From Azolla caroliniana (Eukaryota; Plantae; Polypodiophyta), in NCBI GenBank assembly GCA_043228905.1, contig JBHGNT010000002.1, positions 22,010,001 to 22,074,000 of the forward strand: a DNA stretch of 64,000 bases, written 5' to 3'. The notes beneath the pieces are model-generated. The model was not told the DNA's origin, did not search any database, and saw only the letters and a program-made list of their open reading frames with translations. Made by a program: the position numbers and the translations under genes. This document shows, piece after piece, positions 62,350-64,000 of this stretch. Each line of letters opens with the position of its first letter. Position 1 is the first letter of the stretch.

Positions 62350-64000
62350 ATGTAAAGGCTATATTCAAAACGATATAATTACTATGTACATACAACTATG
62401 CTCAGTAGCATTATTTATACAAGTTCTCGTGGGACTGACAGAAGTACCCTGTACTTCAATGCTCACACGAGCATCAGACACTTACTACGAGACTATAATT
62501 GCCTAGTAGTCTACACTAATACTAGGCTTCTGGTTACTGATTGGATTCGGCTAACCGGCTCCCCAGCTCACCGGCTCTGTTGCTTGCCGGCTCGGTTGCT
62601 CACAGCTTACCGATCCGTCTCGCTTGCTGGCTCAGGCTTATTCAACCGATCCGGCTCCAGTTGAGCTTGCCGCTCAACACTCCCCCTCAAGCTCAACTTG
62701 AGGTTGGATCTTAGTGTCAGTCTCTGTGGCAGTCGGTTCTTCCAACCGACTTCTCCTGGCGTCACTTCGCCTTGCTCGCGCTCCGTGTCCGGTCCAGTTC
62801 TGTTTGCCGCGACCCCTCTTGTTCTGCACGCCTCGACCTTCTCGATCGGTATGTCTCCTCAATGGGCCCCTCTCAGCTCCTTTGCTGCTATGACTCCGGT
62901 GCTTATCGATCCATCGGTTTCTCCACGATGGCATCGACTTCCGCTGCATCCGTGTTTGCTTGGCCTTGAATTGATCCGGTTCTTCCGAATCGACTGTCTG
63001 CGATTCATTCTAGCTCTTGTCCGAATCGGTTGCTCCCGATTCTTCTTCTGGTTGCAAGCCCATTACCACATTGGACCATGTCCGGGTCTTGGCCTTCTTC
63101 CTTCGGTCGGCTCTGTCCTTCTTGACTTTGCCGCCTTCTGTTCTTCCCTCACCGGCGCAATCGGCAGTCTCTTTGCCTTTGCCCGTTCCGGTGTGTCTGC
63201 CCATTCTCCCCCTCAAGTGTGGCACATCGAGATGCTGAACACCAAGAATGTCGGTAAAGTGCTGCAACTTGTCTGATCTGAGCGGCTTGGTGAAGATGTC
63301 GGCAACTTGCCGATCCGTGTGAACATACCGTAGTTCAACTTCACCGCTCAGGACCTGCTCACGCACAAAGTGATAATGCACTTCTATGTGCTTTGTGGGA
63401 GCATGGAACACAGGGTTCTTGGCGAGTTGCATGTTGCTTATGTTGTCGCAGTAGACCAGAATCGGGGTCGATACCTCGATCCATAAGTCTTGCAGCAGTC
63501 GCTGAAGCCAAATGGCTTCACAGGTGGCAATGGTAGCGCCCCGATACTCAGCCTCAGTGCTCGATAGAGCAACTGTTGGATGTTTTTTGCTGCTCCACGC
63601 AACAGCCGCGCTACCTAAGGAAAACATATAACCGGAGGTTGATCGGCAATCTGATGCATCGCTGGCCCAGTCGGCATCCGTGTAACCGACGAGCTCTTCG
63701 GTTATACCTCGCCGGTATAACAATCCCCGGTCCTTCGTGCCGCTTACATATCGCAGTATCCGTTGCGTGCACTAAAGGTGCTCCATGGTCGGCTTCTGTA
63801 TGAACTGACTTATCACTCTGACGGGATAACTGATGTGAGGGCGTGTGATAGTCAGGTAAATAAGGCTTTCGACAATTTGTCAGAACCGTTTCTCGTTGCA
63901 GGCCGGTCCGGAGTTGGGACGGAGCTTTTGGTTCCGGTCCAAGGGTGTGGAGACAAGTCGGCATTTTGTCATGCCAAACTTGTACAGCATATTCAAGACG
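62350..64000 (-). mobile_element. 3' part of a Ty1/copia (RT end, RNase H, tail, partial 3' LTR 62350-62679)
   Basis: YTDADWAS, ALSSTEAEY, KHIEVHYHFVRE, QVADIFTKPL; PPT gcttgagggggag. Confidence 0.93.

Overview
Plant nuclear DNA, most likely a fern or another plant with flagellated sperm. It holds one host gene, a multi-exon DRC2/CCDC65 (dynein regulatory complex) on the minus strand at about 15-24.6 kb, surrounded by nested transposons. These are: an apparently intact two-ORF LINE (1-4.4 kb); a truncated chromovirus-like Ty3; a TIR DNA transposon in a (TA)n tract (24699-48276) carrying a CDPK exon and hosting a Copia and a large Ty3; and a stack of Copia/Ty3 fragments at 50-64 kb. The most notable system is a helper/parasite set of LTR elements. 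One full-length, now mutated Ty3 element (35614-48185) has a tRNA-Trp PBS and a -1 frameshift signal between protease and RT. Three Pol-less elements (29401-32914, 39239-44086, 57467-62349) share its PBS, LTR termini, 4-bp CG-centred target sites and a covarying pre-PPT hairpin, but encode only the Gag N-terminus fused to long repetitive low-complexity tails. A 337-bp palindrome made of two inverted LTR left ends with a 5-bp TSD (48942-49278) is also unusual. All coordinates were read by eye and no searches were run.
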